A stretch of 64,000 nt of DNA. It comes from Rhina ancylostomus (taxonomy: Eukaryota). Where the stretch lies: positions 13,074,002 to 13,138,001 of the forward strand of contig JARFYF010000062.1 of NCBI GenBank assembly GCA_030265395.1, given 5' to 3'. Below are positions 12,977-25,990 of this stretch, piece after piece. A program made the position numbers and the translations under genes. The notes under the pieces are model-generated. The model was not told the origin of the DNA and searched no databases. It was given only the letters and a program-made list of their open reading frames with translations. The number at the start of each line of letters is the position of its first letter. Within the stretch, counting starts at the first letter, position 1.

Positions 12977-13093
12977 GAAAGTCTGAGATAGTGGTGGGAA
13001 ATCTCATACCTGGATTTGATTCTTCAAAGCCTCAGCAGCTGGCACCACTGCAGGTGGAAGCTTTGGGTGCTGTGGCCGTTATAAATGCTTCAG
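12977..13093 (+). CDS. AAK1: AAK1 coding exon (GKSEIVVGNLIPGFDSSKPQQLAPLQVEALGAVAVINAS)
   Basis: AAG acceptor after a pyrimidine tract, donor G|gttggt; 117 nt, phase 1-1. Resembles mammalian [22 protein letters not shown]. Not in the ORF track. Confidence 0.82.
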
Positions 13094-13423
13094 GTTGGTA
13101 CACACACTGCAGTTAACCTCAGCACCTTCCATTACTACACTCTCAAATAATTTGTCCTTGTTTCAGTTTTGTTTGAGTCAGAAAAAACATTCTACGTTTT
13201 TAAAAACTGAGTTGGAATACTAATCCACAGGTCTACCTCATTTTCCCTTTCTCCCCAAGTGTGCAATTGCCATTATTTTGCCTCCTCGTTTTTCTTCCTC
13301 TTAGTTCTTGATTCATGGACCTTTTTCCAAGAAGCCAGAAGATGGCATTTGTAAAACATTTATGTTGCTAACTTTTGATCTTGAATCAAATGTGGGTTAT
13401 CAATAAATGACCATCATAAATAA

Positions 13424-13557
13424 AGGTGCTGGAAATCTGAAATAAAAACAGAAAATGCTGATGAAGTTCTGACAAAGGGCCTTCAATCAGAAACATTAAC
13501 TTCTTTTCTCAGCTGCTTGACCTGCTGAGTGTTTTCAGCATTTTCTGTCTTTATTTG
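13424..13557. repeat. MER6-like palindromic short repeat
   Basis: AAATAAAAACAGAAAATGCTG ... CAGCATTTTCTGTCTTTATTT inverted arms. Confidence 0.65.
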
Positions 13558-14049
13558 TGGGGTTACTTGTTTAGCATCCTGTATTAGGATGGAGTTTGAT
13601 CAAGGGATGCATTCAGGCTGACCATGGATTTAAGTCACAGGGAAGAGCATCTGATGTCTGATTGAAGAGGAGGATATTGAGATTTCTAAAAGCAGTTGTA
13701 TGTAGTGACAGTGCTGTAGCCAGGAAGATTAGATAGTTCTGCTGCTAATCAAACTTCTTGACCACATTGCTTATACTGTAACTAACTAGGACTGATTCGT
13801 GTGTAACTGCTCGCCGCTCATTCTTGAGATATTATGCTGCTTTTAGTGGAAGAAGTTGAAAAAGCTTCTGTTTCCCCTGCTCTTTAAGTAGACTTTGCTT
13901 AATAAACTGATATTTTTGTTGATATATAACAAACTTCTGTAAGTCATTCATCCCTTCATTTCTTTAGTTGATGCAGTGTTATCAATAAATACTGTTTAAG
14001 AAGCTAGGAGGCAGTCAGAGTTTGGTGATGTAATTTTACAGGACAGACA

Positions 14050-14285
14050 CGTGAGGGAAAGGCTATTCTTCCATAAGAGTAATTGGGAGTTGGAATACAT
14101 TACCTGATGGAGCAATTGGTATACATTCAATAGTGGGCTTCAGAAGGAAGTTGGATAATTATTTGAAGGAAAAGTAAATTGCAGGAATATGAAGAATGAA
14201 CTGGAAAGTGGAATTAATGGGGATTGCGCTTCAAAAAGAGAAAATGCTTAATGTCCTAATTCCGTAGTGTACTGTACTGATCTGC
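14050..14285 (+). mobile_element. Degenerate CR1/L2-type LINE 3' end
   Basis: Resembles the 3' ends of the CR1 copies in the window (TGGAAT...CTTCAGAAGGAAGTTGGATAATTATTTG). Confidence 0.5.
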
Positions 14286-15392
14286 TATTTTAAGGGATGT
14301 AATAGTGTTAGAGTGTTGGTAGTGGAAGAAAAATAGATGAAATGTTTCATTTAATACATATTAGGCTATGGAGGCCATAAAAATAATGATTCAAATCATA
14401 AAATTGTAGCTAAGTTCTTAAATAATATTTTCAGTTATTAAGTTCATGTCTATAGGGTTACACAGGAAAAGAAAATCTTACTATCTAACAGGTTTAGCTT
14501 ACAATTCTGAACACAGTGCAGAAGGTGCTCTGTGCTGGTGAGCAGCACCAAGTGAACTGAACCTGCAAAATCAATCCCAAACATAGGTGTACATTTAACA
14601 ATAAATTTATGTTGCAGCTTGGTGTCCAAGCTGAGAAGCTGCAATATGAGACAGTGGAGTGGAACATTTGCAGTGACTAAGTATTTACATCAACAGTAAC
14701 AGATAAGTTTATCAAAAGCAAGGCACTGGTCCCCTCTTTTTAAACTCCCACGATCATCCACCTCTTAACTAAAGCAGATATTCCAAAGTAAACTTGAAAC
14801 TGCAGCAGTGTGAGATTCCAAATGGTGTTAAAGTAAAGCAGCATGAGATTGTGTCCTTTTCAATGAAATTAGAGAAAAAAAATCCTCAGGGATATTGAAC
14901 TGGTGTAGTACATGCAGTGTGAGGGTGATAACTGTCTCTATGTTGAATCAACCAAGCTTCAGTAAGGGAATATGCGAAAAGAATAGTGAACTACCATTAT
15001 GTGAAGACCATGTCAAGTACTATATCTGTTGTATTTAATTGCAATCGAATCTTCCAGACTGCCAAACATCATATTCTGAAAAATATAAAGTGCGTTTTCA
15101 AAAATGTTCAGTATTGGGTGAAGAAAATTGAAGAGGCAAAATGGTTAAATTTTACACAGTTTAAGTATTTTTGTTGTCTTGAAAGAATTTTTTTGCCCAG
15201 TTCAGAGGAAAACTACAGTTAAAATATTTTAAAAGGGTAATTAAATAGGATTTTTTTCACTGTGGAGACTTGCATTAAGAAATGAACTTTAGAAAGTATT
15301 GTTTCAGATTTCAGTATATTTTACTAATCATTTGCTGTATATCCTCTTTCTGCTTCCCTGCTTTGCACCTGCCACTACTGAACCTTGCTCAG

Positions 15393-15503
15393 ATTCTCTC
15401 ACTGGAGAGAACTCCATTCTTGACTACTCTCTCCTCTCTAACCCAGTGACTGAAATCATTGATGAATTTTCTCCTGTAGTTTCATCTGGGCAGGTCAAGC
15501 AAG
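15393..15503 (+). CDS. AAK1: AAK1 coding exon (DSLTGENSILDYSLLSNPVTEIIDEFSPVVSSGQVKQ)
   Basis: gctcag| ... G|gtaaga; 111 nt, phase 1-1. Matches [26 protein letters not shown]. Confidence 0.94.
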
Positions 15504-18500
15504 GTAAGAATGTCCAGTCCTGATCTGTTTCCTTTTATTGCTGTTTCTCAATATTGATTCCTATTCTTGCTCCCACCTCTCTCCACCTCATGGTTTTGTT
15601 CACCCCTTAATGTATTTGAAATTGCAAATGTTTCTAAGTACTAGTCCAAGTCCAACTACAATTCCAAGTACAAGTTTCCAAGTTATTTGAGTACTTTATT
15701 GCAAAGTTATTTTAATTTTGAAAGACAAGCTCATTTTGCACATCAAAGGTGCTTAAATGTGCACAATAGAAACTTAAACCACAATGAAAACTAATATTGA
15801 ACTAGTTTGTGAGAAAAGAGTGAGGTGTCTCTATGGTTACCAGGATGTTGACTTAAATTGAGAGTTGCATTGTTGCCATAGTTTTGAAATTTTAGATATT
15901 TTTATTTGTCTCTCACAGCTGTCAGCCAGAAGTCACAGTGAATGTGTTACTGGGTGGGCTTTTGTTCATTACTGTTCCAATCAATTAAATTGACTAGTCT
16001 GCAGTGCCTTGCATTATAATTCAAATTGAAAGGACCACTTTTCACAAGATAGATTTGTTTGTTGTGGGTGCATACTCTATAGACCTGTGTGCTGATGGAT
16101 TCTTAGATTCTCTNNNNNNNNNNNNNNNNNNNNNNNNNNNNNNNNNNNNNNNNNNNNNNNNNNNNNNNNNNNNNNNNNNNNNNNNNNNNNNNNNNNNNNN
16201 NNNNNNNNNNNNNATTCTCTGCATTGAATTCCTCATATGAATTGCGTGACCCATAATGGTTGATAGCTAAAGTCAGATATTGTTCTATTGCTTCTTCCTT
16301 TCTCACTCCAAGCACAATGATCAGTTTGATTTCAGGCAACCTAGTTTAGCCTGAGAACTGGGAAATCTGCAGATGTTCTCCAAAGATGTTCTCCAAGTTG
16401 CACACAGTTGGAAGCCTACATTTGTCTCCACTTGCAAATTGCCCAATTATGGGAATATCTACTACCACGTATGCTGCTGATCTCAGTGTTAAATTTGCCC
16501 CAGTAAGTTTCAAAATGGATTTGGATCTATTTTTGAACAGAGAAAATGACAAGGATGGCAATGCATGGGAAAGCATGAATGAGTGGGATGAATTGGGAAG
16601 CAATTTTTAGAGGCCAAATAGGTACAGTGAACAAAATGGCTGCTTTCTGCACCATGTCATAGGCTTCTCATTGAGAGGCCTCTGCTTCAGTTTCACCTGA
16701 ATGCAGCATTTAAAGTTGTGAATGATCATAATAGTTTGCTCTCTACGTGTGGAACTTTCAGTATATTGTGGATGCTTTGACGCTGTAACACCTGCAGGTA
16801 TCAGTTTCTTTCACTGTCCCACTTAATGTGAAATGTTTAGTTTCTCGTTTCACAAATGAAATCTTGCTATTTATTTCAGCTAGACCTTCATTCTTTCAGC
16901 TAGTGAAACAATATCATTGCAGCCTTCTGACCCAGAATCTCAATACATCTTCTTTATCTGAGGCACAATTAACACGTACTGGAATATTGTACAGAATTGA
17001 GTTGTAAAATGCATGGTTCTCAGGATTGACCTGATCACTGTCCCATCACATTATCTGCATCTCAGCCTAACTTGGAGTTATCAAGTGTTATAGATTGATA
17101 CTCGGTGCAGACGCTGAAGTACGGTTGATAGCGTAAAGGCAGCCTGATTACTAATTGAGTGCAACAGAGATGGCGGTCAGGTAGTTTGCTCATTTCCAGC
17201 GCATCTTAAATTCGTTAGGCTCTGCTCTTTACAGGTTGATAGCTCTGTACGTGTAATGTATGGAGTTGGTTTTGTTTTGAGGTCCACTGATGAAAAATGT
17301 CAGTGTCTTTGCCGATCCATGATTCACAACTATATATAGAAACATGTTCAAAGTACATGAAGTGTTGGTTATTAATATTGCCTTGCATGTAATGTTTCAA
17401 ACCCTGAGGTTTTACAAAGATCAGGAGAATGAAAGCAGGAAATAAAATATTAAAAAAAACAAAACATATGGCTAATTATTCAGAATTGTATGCAAGTATA
17501 AGTGGTCTTCACAATGGAAATATTGTGCATCCTTTCTGATACTGAGCAGCATGATTCCCCTCTCGCAAATGAGGAATTTGCTTGAAGCAGTTTTGGTACG
17601 CCTCCCTTCACCCCCTGCCCTGCCAAATTAAAGCAGCTGCAATTGGAATCAATCCAGAATGGTGAGCAAAAGCAATTGGGAGAGAAAGATGGAAAGCCAG
17701 TAGTGAGAGGGATGGCTAAGAAACCTGGGCTAAATTACTTTTGTAAGGCAAATGGATGGCTTGTTAGAGCATGCCTTGAGAATTTAGCCAATCCTGATGC
17801 CTGGTATAAAATGTCCAAGTTTAACCCTCAATAGGGAATGAAAATGAAGGGATATTGAAAAATCTAAAGTCACTCGTCAGTTTAAAAGCATTTCTGTGGT
17901 GGAATCATGGTTAGTAGGTCAGAACTTGCTGGGAAATATCAGAGAAATGAAGGAGAGGATCACCTGCAAGGGAAAACAGCAAGTACACTTAATTTTGATT
18001 TAAGTGATTTATATTGATTGTTTTTTGTTTTCAAATGATTTATTTTATTTTTAATATTTTTAAAACCTAATTGTTTAATTTTTGATAGTTTTTAAATATT
18101 TCTGAATATCTGTGACAATGAAAATTCTTGACAAATTTAACATGTGGCAAAGACTGTGTGGTCAGGACTTTGCCAGCTGTTTTGTGGATGGGGCTCAGTC
18201 TGGCATCCCTCTTCCCATAGCACATACTCCCCATGCAATACTGTTTCATCAAGCAAGGTCCTGCCATTGCGCAGTATGTTGCGATTTTGGATTGTGATGA
18301 CAATTTCCAGCAAGTCAATGTCAGGATTCCACAAATGGTAAATTGGTACATTTGGGGGTGAGCAAAGGTAGTTTGCTGCTGGCAGCAAGTTCTGGTGTGT
18401 TGTTCAAAAAGGTTTTTTTTCCCTCCCCTACTTTGGATCACTACAGCGAAGCAATGTTGTGTTGGTGGAAGACAAACATACAAGATTTTAGATGCAGGTG

Positions 18501-19037
18501 TTACAAGATTTGATGAGATTTTCAGAATCTGCAATATTCTAAAGGTAAAGCAGTCGCCCAGCACAGATAATTCTGGAGGAGGGAGGATTGTTCTTGTTAT
18601 AAGCCTGTATTGTGCATTTTGTATCTTAAAGTCAGCCATTTTAAAAGTGGTGAACAAAGTGCACAGAAGTTGTTGCTCATTACGAGGTGGAAGCACAGGA
18701 GAGGAACATCAGCAAGTAAAACTGACCTACAAAATCAGTACTTGTCAGCAAATTAATCATCACATCATTGACAAGTAACTATAGTTTTCTGAAAACAGGA
18801 AGGCTTATAAAATAGAGATGAAAACTTTGGTGCACTGTATTGGGCACATTCAAAACTCTCTTGTTCCATGTCCATTGTATGGTTGGCTCAAGTTTATAGA
18901 AGTTTTGTAAATAAATTGCAAAATGTCCTGTTTTCAGGAAATAACTTTCCTCAACTTAATCCTGCTTTCTGTTAATATTTAACATTTTCTGAAAATCTTG
19001 CTTCTTACTGTCCATGCCTCCCTTTTACATGCTGCAG

Positions 19038-19139
19038 AGGATACTAACCTCATCTCAGACTTTGATCTTTCTATTAAAAATGACAAAGTGGAAGATGATG
19101 AATTTGACCCCATTCCTGTGTTGTCAAAAAATTCACAAG
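19038..19139 (+). CDS. AAK1: AAK1 coding exon ([34 protein letters not shown])
   Basis: ctgcag| ... G|gtaagg; 102 nt, phase 1-1. Matches EDSNLISGFD...[14 protein letters not shown]. Confidence 0.94.
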
Positions 19140-20859
19140 GTAAGGTTTCAATTGAAGCATTTGCTATTGTCTTATCCCAATCACTTTGTTGATATTTTAT
19201 GCACTTTTCACTAAATCATCATTGACAGGAAGAAAACAATGCAAGCTTCACTTTAGTAATTCTAATATTTATGAAACCTCCCTCACAACTACACAACAGT
19301 TTTAATAGTTTTAAGACAGTTCCAGTCTTAATCTAGCAATTCCGTCTTTTTTGTAGTCATGCAGCAGGGAAACGGGTCCTTCGGCCTACCAAGTCCACAC
19401 TGACCATCAAGCACCCAATTAAACTAATCCCATTTTTTGTTCTACCTGTGTTCCCTCAACTCCTCCCAATAGGTTGGGGTACTCAAAAGGAACCACACTT
19501 CCAAAAGAAGGATATGGAGTCTTTTGGATGATAGAATGAATCTAAATGTAAACAAAGCCAGCTGGCCTCTGAAAATGGCTCTTGTCCAGATGCACCCGTC
19601 TTTCAATGTAAATGCTGTTAAGATACTGTTAAAATCTGAGCTAGAGTGTGGAATATGTTGTCATATTATTTAAATATTCTTGATTCTCTCAATCTTGAAA
19701 CAGAGCAAAGTCAAATAACTGCTGGCTTCTTCTATGAACAGCACCTTGAAATAGCAAAAATTATCTTTTTATTCAAGTAACCAATTAATTTAATTGGGCC
19801 ATGACACTAAGCTAGTTCTATGGGCAAACACAGAGTAGGGAATTATTTTTGTAAGACATTGTGGCCTTTGAGGTGCAAAGTTGAAGAAAAATGGCATGAC
19901 ATGTTAATCTCGACAGTGCAAGGCTCTGTTTTCATACCTCCGCTGGTTGTTTGGCCTCTTATAAGGCAATCCTTCACAAAATTTTTTCACCAAAAAATTT
20001 GATTGAGCCAGAAGGCATCTAATTCATTAAACACGATGGACTTACTTTGGATGGGATTTCATTTAGTTTCACGTGAATTATTTGGAAAAGCTGGTGAGAT
20101 AGAGCACAGCCAGAAAGTTTTTAAATGTTCTTCATTCAATATCGAAGTGGCTTTTTAAGTGAAATTTTAAATTTGTCCACAGAGTGCTGACTTATAATTG
20201 TCTATAATTTCATAACAATCTATTTTCTAGTTCTTAGTGATATGGCCCTTGATCCCTGCTGCCTTCAACATTGCATTCTGATCTGTAGTGTCCCACACAC
20301 TACACAAAAATTGAAGCAACACAGATTTTCAAAACACAAACTATGAAAAGCATGTTCTTTTCTAAAATAATGTCAAAACCAAATATTACTGAAAGGAATA
20401 CTTTTTGTTTTGTTTTTAGCGAATTTCACCTTTTAATAAATTTCGATTTTGCTACTGGTTCAAAGAGAAGTCATTCTTTTAAAATATCAGACTTAATCCA
20501 CTGGAGGCTTGAGCTATTAATCCAGGCTGATGCTTCAGTGCAATACTGAGAGAGTATTACATGTTTGAGGAACATTTTTCATATTCAGTGTTAAACTGCC
20601 TGTCCTATTAGATGGACATAAAAGATACATTAGCCGTATTTGAAGAACAGGGTGGATCAGCCAGTATCCTGACCAGAATTTATCTCAAGAACCTTAAATA
20701 GGTGATCTGAATTACATTTTTTTTGTGTGGAAGTGTTGTCCACAAACTGTATGTTATGTTTCCCATATTTTGTCAGTAACGCAGATTGTACTAGGCGTTT
20801 CTCTGACTGGGGAAGTCTGTAACAAACACACGGGAAGGATTGGTGTTGGGTTCTTTGTT

Positions 20860-21810
20860 GTTTGTAATATATAAATGACTTGGATGAGAATGTAGGTAGT
20901 CTGATTAGTAAATTTGCAGACATGAAAATTGGTGGATTTGTAGATAGCAAAGAGGCTTGTCTAAGAATACAGTAGAATATAGATCAGCTGGAAAGTTGGG
21001 TGGAGCAGTGGTAGATGGAATTTAATATGGACAAGTGTGAAGTAATGCAATTTGCAAAGTCAAATTCTGGTAGGACATATAGAGTAAATGATGAGGACCT
21101 CAGGAGCAATGATGTCCAGAGGGACCCTGGGGTGCCCCTGGGGGTCCATAGCTTGTTGAAAGTGGGACACAAGTGGATGTTAGTGAAGAAGTCATTTAGT
21201 ATGCTTGCCTTCATCGGCTGAGGCATTGAGTATAAGAGTTGGGACATCACGTTGCAGCTGTCCAAAACAGTGCATAGACTGTACTTGCAGTACTGTGTAC
21301 AGTTCTGGTTGCCACACTACAGGAAGGATGTGGTAGCAATAGAGAGAGTGCAGAAGATATTCACCAGTATAGAATGGAGGGCTTTAGTTATAAGAGATTG
21401 GATAGGTTAGGTTTATTCTCACTGGAACATAGGAAGCTGAGGGGTGACCTTATAGAAGTTTATATATATAAAAAAAATGAGGGACATAGATAGGATTGAT
21501 CATCTTTTTTCCAGGGCATGGGACTGTGGGGCACAGGCTTAAGGTGAGAGGGGAGAAATTTAAAGGAGATCTGAGGGGTATGTTTTCTACACAGAAAGCA
21601 ATGGTTATCTGGAAAGTGATGGTTATCTAGCTGCCAGAGGAGGTGGTAGAGACAGATACACTTGAAAGGCATTTGGACAGGTTGTCATATAGGGAATGTG
21701 TAGAGGTATACAGGCCTAATGCAGGCATATGGGATTAGCACAGATAGACATCATGGTCAGCATCGATGAGTTGGGGTGAAAGGGGACGTTTCTGTGCGGC
21801 ACAATTCTGT
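20860..21810 (+). mobile_element. CR1 LINE 3' portion (decayed reverse transcriptase C-terminus and 3'UTR)
   Basis: Peptides such as INDLDENV..LISKFAD, MEFNMDKCEVMQF and YCVQFWLPHYRKDV, with stops and frameshifts. Confidence 0.92.
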
Positions 21811-22714
21811 TCAAAGACATTTTGTTGTCTGCAAGGCCCCTTGGGTATGTTATGTATAGAATCAGTGGTGGCAGCATGGGCCAGGCATCAACCTTGCATC
21901 CTCTCAAACCAAACTATTGTTGTAATATCTTCACCTGCTTGAACGTATTACTTTGAGTTGAGTACAATTTAAATTTTTCACATTTGCATTGAGAGTGCTG
22001 CAACTGACTTTATCACAGCTTTACACATCTCTCATCCATTCTAAGCTAACATTCTTTGCTAACATTCTTTTCTGGCAGTATAATTTCACTCAACAGTCAA
22101 ATCTACTTTGAAATAATCCATGCATTAAATTATTTTATAAAAATTTGCTTTTCTAAAGCCTTCACTTTGCCCACTGCCATTATTACATCTTCCAGAGCAG
22201 GTGTCTGATATTTATGTGCTGTTTAAAAATAACTATCATGCATCTTTGGAAAAACACATAATTTGGTACACAAGCCTTTTATTTAACTGACACCAGTTTC
22301 TATATGTATGATACAGTCCTTGGCCCAAATTTATTTTGGAAAATGCTCACTTGGAACACAGATTCCAGTGGAGCTGCTGCTGCAGTACCACAGGAGGATG
22401 TAACTATATTATGTTTCAATTTACAAAGGAAAGCTTGCATTGTAAAAATAAATCAATAATGGCAATATAAGGAAATACTGAATCTGTGGCTCTATTTTTT
22501 TAAAGAAAAAGACGAGTTATTTCTGCAAGTATTGTTATCTCCCACTGTCTAACCTCAGAATATAAATGTGCCCTTGAATAATGCCACAGCAGGCCAACTA
22601 AAACCTATAGATATTTGCACAGCCTTTTTCACTCATGTATATTCTGCTGTCTTTAAAGCTGTGTGGTAAAATCCTGTGCCTCCTGACATAAATCAATTTG
22701 TGTTACCCTTCCAG

Positions 22715-22809
22715 GTGGTCATTCTAGAAACAACAGTGGGAGCTCTGAATCCAGTCTTCCCAACTTAGCTAGGTCTTTACTGCTTGTGGATCACCTTAGA
22801 GACCTGTAG
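22715..22809 (+). CDS. AAK1: AAK1 proximal terminal coding exon ([31 protein letters not shown])
   Basis: Acceptor ttccag|, phase 1, TAG at 22807-22809. Near-identical to the C-terminus of the long mammalian AAK1 isoform ([31 protein letters not shown]). Confidence 0.95.
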
Positions 22810-24840
22810 GATGGCCCAGCAAGCACGTTAAGTTCAGCAGCCCTCTGCACCGGCATTTTCATCTCCCTCTGGATTTCCCATTCAACCTGTGACAAGGTTT
22901 CACTGACTGAGGAAATGAGTTATATTTTCATTTTGCTATCTTACCATTATCTAATGAGCATGACTTGACAATTTTTCCATCTTTGAAATTGATATAATTT
23001 TGCCATTTTCAGCAAAACTAGTCTTTTTTTAAGACTGTGTCCTTTTCAAAGTAAGTTGTGAAAACCTAGAAAGGATAGATGGGCACTAATTTAATTTAAA
23101 GAGTGTACAAAACTGAAACAAACAATTGTGGTTTACTTCCTAGTCCCAACTTTTAAACAAAATAGATTTTGTTTTCTCATACTATTAAATCAATCTCTGT
23201 GGAAAAATTAGTGGGATATGCACTGGGAAAGATCAGTAGGTCTTTTTGGAATGCTTTCCATTAACAAGTCAAGTCAGTGAAGGCATTGTTAGATACAGGA
23301 ATGTGATTTGTCTGGTTTCTGTATTGGACTGCAAGTCTTGAGCAATATATGCTGAAAACTAACAGTGTTAGAGTGAGGGATTGATGTGCAATCACTAATT
23401 TCAGTATACTATTGACGGTGTCCTTGCTTTGGTGAAATTATTAGGCACTTGACACTATTAGTCCTTCCGCAGACAAAATCTGTGGATTTAGTTAGATTGA
23501 AAAACCTTGAAATGTATTGATCCTGTTTAACATGGAAGTAGCTGTGGTATGGGCAAATCTGGATTTGATGAATGTTGAAATTCTCTGAAAGTCCAATCTA
23601 CCCATCCTTGTATTATAGAGAAAGATTACAATCAACACAGCCTCACTGAGGAAGTTGAAAACAGTTTCTGATGCAATTTTTAAGAAGTATAACAAAGGGC
23701 CACCAAATAGGGATTTTTGATGCAGTTGTGAAAGTTGATATCTGCAGTGTGCAGCGGCATGATGTGAAATTTGGATCCAAATAATCCCCCAGTGGAGCCT
23801 ATTTCTTAACATCATTCAGAATCTTATGAAGAAATAGGATTTTTAAATCATTCATAATAGGCAAGAATTTTGGTTCCTACCTTTCTTCCTTGCACTCTTG
23901 TCTCCAATGGCATGTAGTTTTGTAACATGCATGGAGTATTCCAAACCTCTTTCTGCAATTGTGACATCCTTGGTCTTCCCTTTCATCAAGTATAGTTCAG
24001 ATTTTTGGCCTTCTTTGAAGTTGCATTGATTTGAAGCTAGTCAGCTTTATATTTTAACAAAATGTTACTGTGTGATTCTTTAAATTAAGTGGTTTGAAAT
24101 CAGGCATTATCAGAAAATATCCATAACTTCAACTGAATTAAGACTGACTTTGCACTGTAATCCAAAAGTGATATGACCTTCTTGTAATTTTTGACACATA
24201 TTCAATATGTGACTGATCAAATTCACTATGAATTATTTGGTTGTGATAAATTGCCCAATTTCTTTCCTGATTACTCACTCACTTTGGAGAGTAGTGTGAT
24301 GCCACTTTAATTTTGGAGGCTCTTTTGTGGAAGATGGTTGGTCTGGTAATTCTGGAGTTTTCAACTGGCAGCCACCAGAGCAGTGAGACTAGATTTACAC
24401 ACTTCACCTGCTTCTATAATCTGGACCTAGATTGTACTGCTGCTGGAGATCTTTGATTTGGTGTTAACTGTACCTTTACATCAGACAATGTATACTTCTC
24501 TCCATGATCTTTTCTCCAGCTCTGATTTTATGAACTGGAAGAATTAGAGTTAAAACAGTTCAAGGCGTAATCAGGAAATAATGAAAGATGTGAAACAGAA
24601 CACAAGTAACAACCATTTTTTTGAAAATGTTAACCAAGGCCTTTAAAGATAGTTTGCATCAAAAGCTTTAAGAACTGGTTATCTGGAGAGAAAAATAGTG
24701 ATTTGAGATAAAAATGTGAATGGAACAGATAAAAAAGCAATAAGATTGAAGTAAAAAGAAAGTTAACTTAAAACTGTGATTTTTGAAGAAAAATACAAAG
24801 AATGAAATTTAAATTTTGGGCAGAACATGCTGATTATTTA

Positions 24841-25075
24841 GACACATGAGACTGCAGATGCTGGAATCTGAAGCAACAAACTATTTGCTGGAGGAACGCA
24901 ACAGGATAAGCAGCATCTGTTTGGGGGGATGGTGGGAGGTGTACAACGCAGAAGGAATTGTCAACATTTTGGGCCAAAATCCTGCATCAGGACCTGAATC
25001 CTGAGTTCTTCCAGCCGATTATGGAGCAGATTCGATGGGCTGAATGGCCTACTTCTGCCCCTTTGTCTTGTGATC
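24841..25075 (+). mobile_element. Palindromic dispersed repeat joined to a CR1/SINE tail fragment
   Basis: GACACATGAGACTGCAGATGCTGGAATCTG..., followed by GATGGGCTGAATGGCCTACTTCTGC. Confidence 0.65.
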
Positions 25076-25159
25076 TTGTGATTGTTCGTTGCTGCAGATA
25101 ACTTGTTGACGAACAGCAATACTCTTGGTATTTCTTGCACTGTGTTTTCAATCAAATAT

Positions 25160-25990
25160 TACAGAATCACAGAATGGTTACAACGTGGCAGGAGATTATA
25201 TGACCTGTCAAGCCCATACAGGTTCTATGCAAGAACAGTTCAGCAGGTCTCATTTTCCCACCTTCTCCCCACAACCCTCCAAATTCACTGTAGATACTAA
25301 TCCGGCTCTCTTTTGAATTCTACACTTGAATCTTCTTCCACTACCAGGTAATGCATTCCAAATCCTAACAACATGATGTGTATTTTTTTAAAGTCTTCAT
25401 GTCACTTTTGATTTTCTTTGACAATCACCTTCCTTTCATGTTCCCTAGTTTTTGATCCTTCTACCAATGAGAACTGTTTCATTTCCTTGATTCTGTCTAC
25501 ATCCTTCATGACTTTAGTTACCTGCTGAGTAACCTCTCCTGTTTCAAGAAGACAACCCCATCTTTACCACTCTGGCCATATAGTTAATGTCTTTCATCTC
25601 TGGAATCATTTTAGTTAATCTTTTCTGCACCCTTTCTGAAGCTTTCACACCTGGCATCCCAAACCAAAAACAGTTGTGGCCAGACTGGTATTTTGCAAAG
25701 GCTCATTATGGCCTCCTTGTTCTTGGAGTCCATTGCCTTTGTTTATAAGGCGTGTGATCTCATGTGTTTTATTTACCACCTTCTCAACCTGTCCTGCTGT
25801 TTTCAGTGAAATAGGCACATTATATCCCCAGATCTCTCCATTTTTGTACCATTTTAGAATTGTGTACTCCAGTGTATACTGCCTCCTCTCCTCCTTTCTG
25901 CTAAAGTGTAACAATTCACATTTCTCGACATTTGAGTTCCTCTGCCACCCATTTGCACATCCTACCAGCCTGTCTAATCTTTGCAGTAGT
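25160..25990 (-). mobile_element. CR1 LINE 3' portion, inside the presumed AAK1 3'UTR
   Basis: Minus-strand peptide LQ.LDRLVG.ANGWQ..SNVEKCELLHF; CR1 tail (ACAGAATCACAGAAT) at the left end. Confidence 0.88.

Noticed and set aside
18067-18696. 209-aa minus-strand ORF and overlapping + strand ORFs in an AAK1 intron
   Set aside because: No recognisable domain, non-ATG start and random-looking composition; likely a chance ORF.
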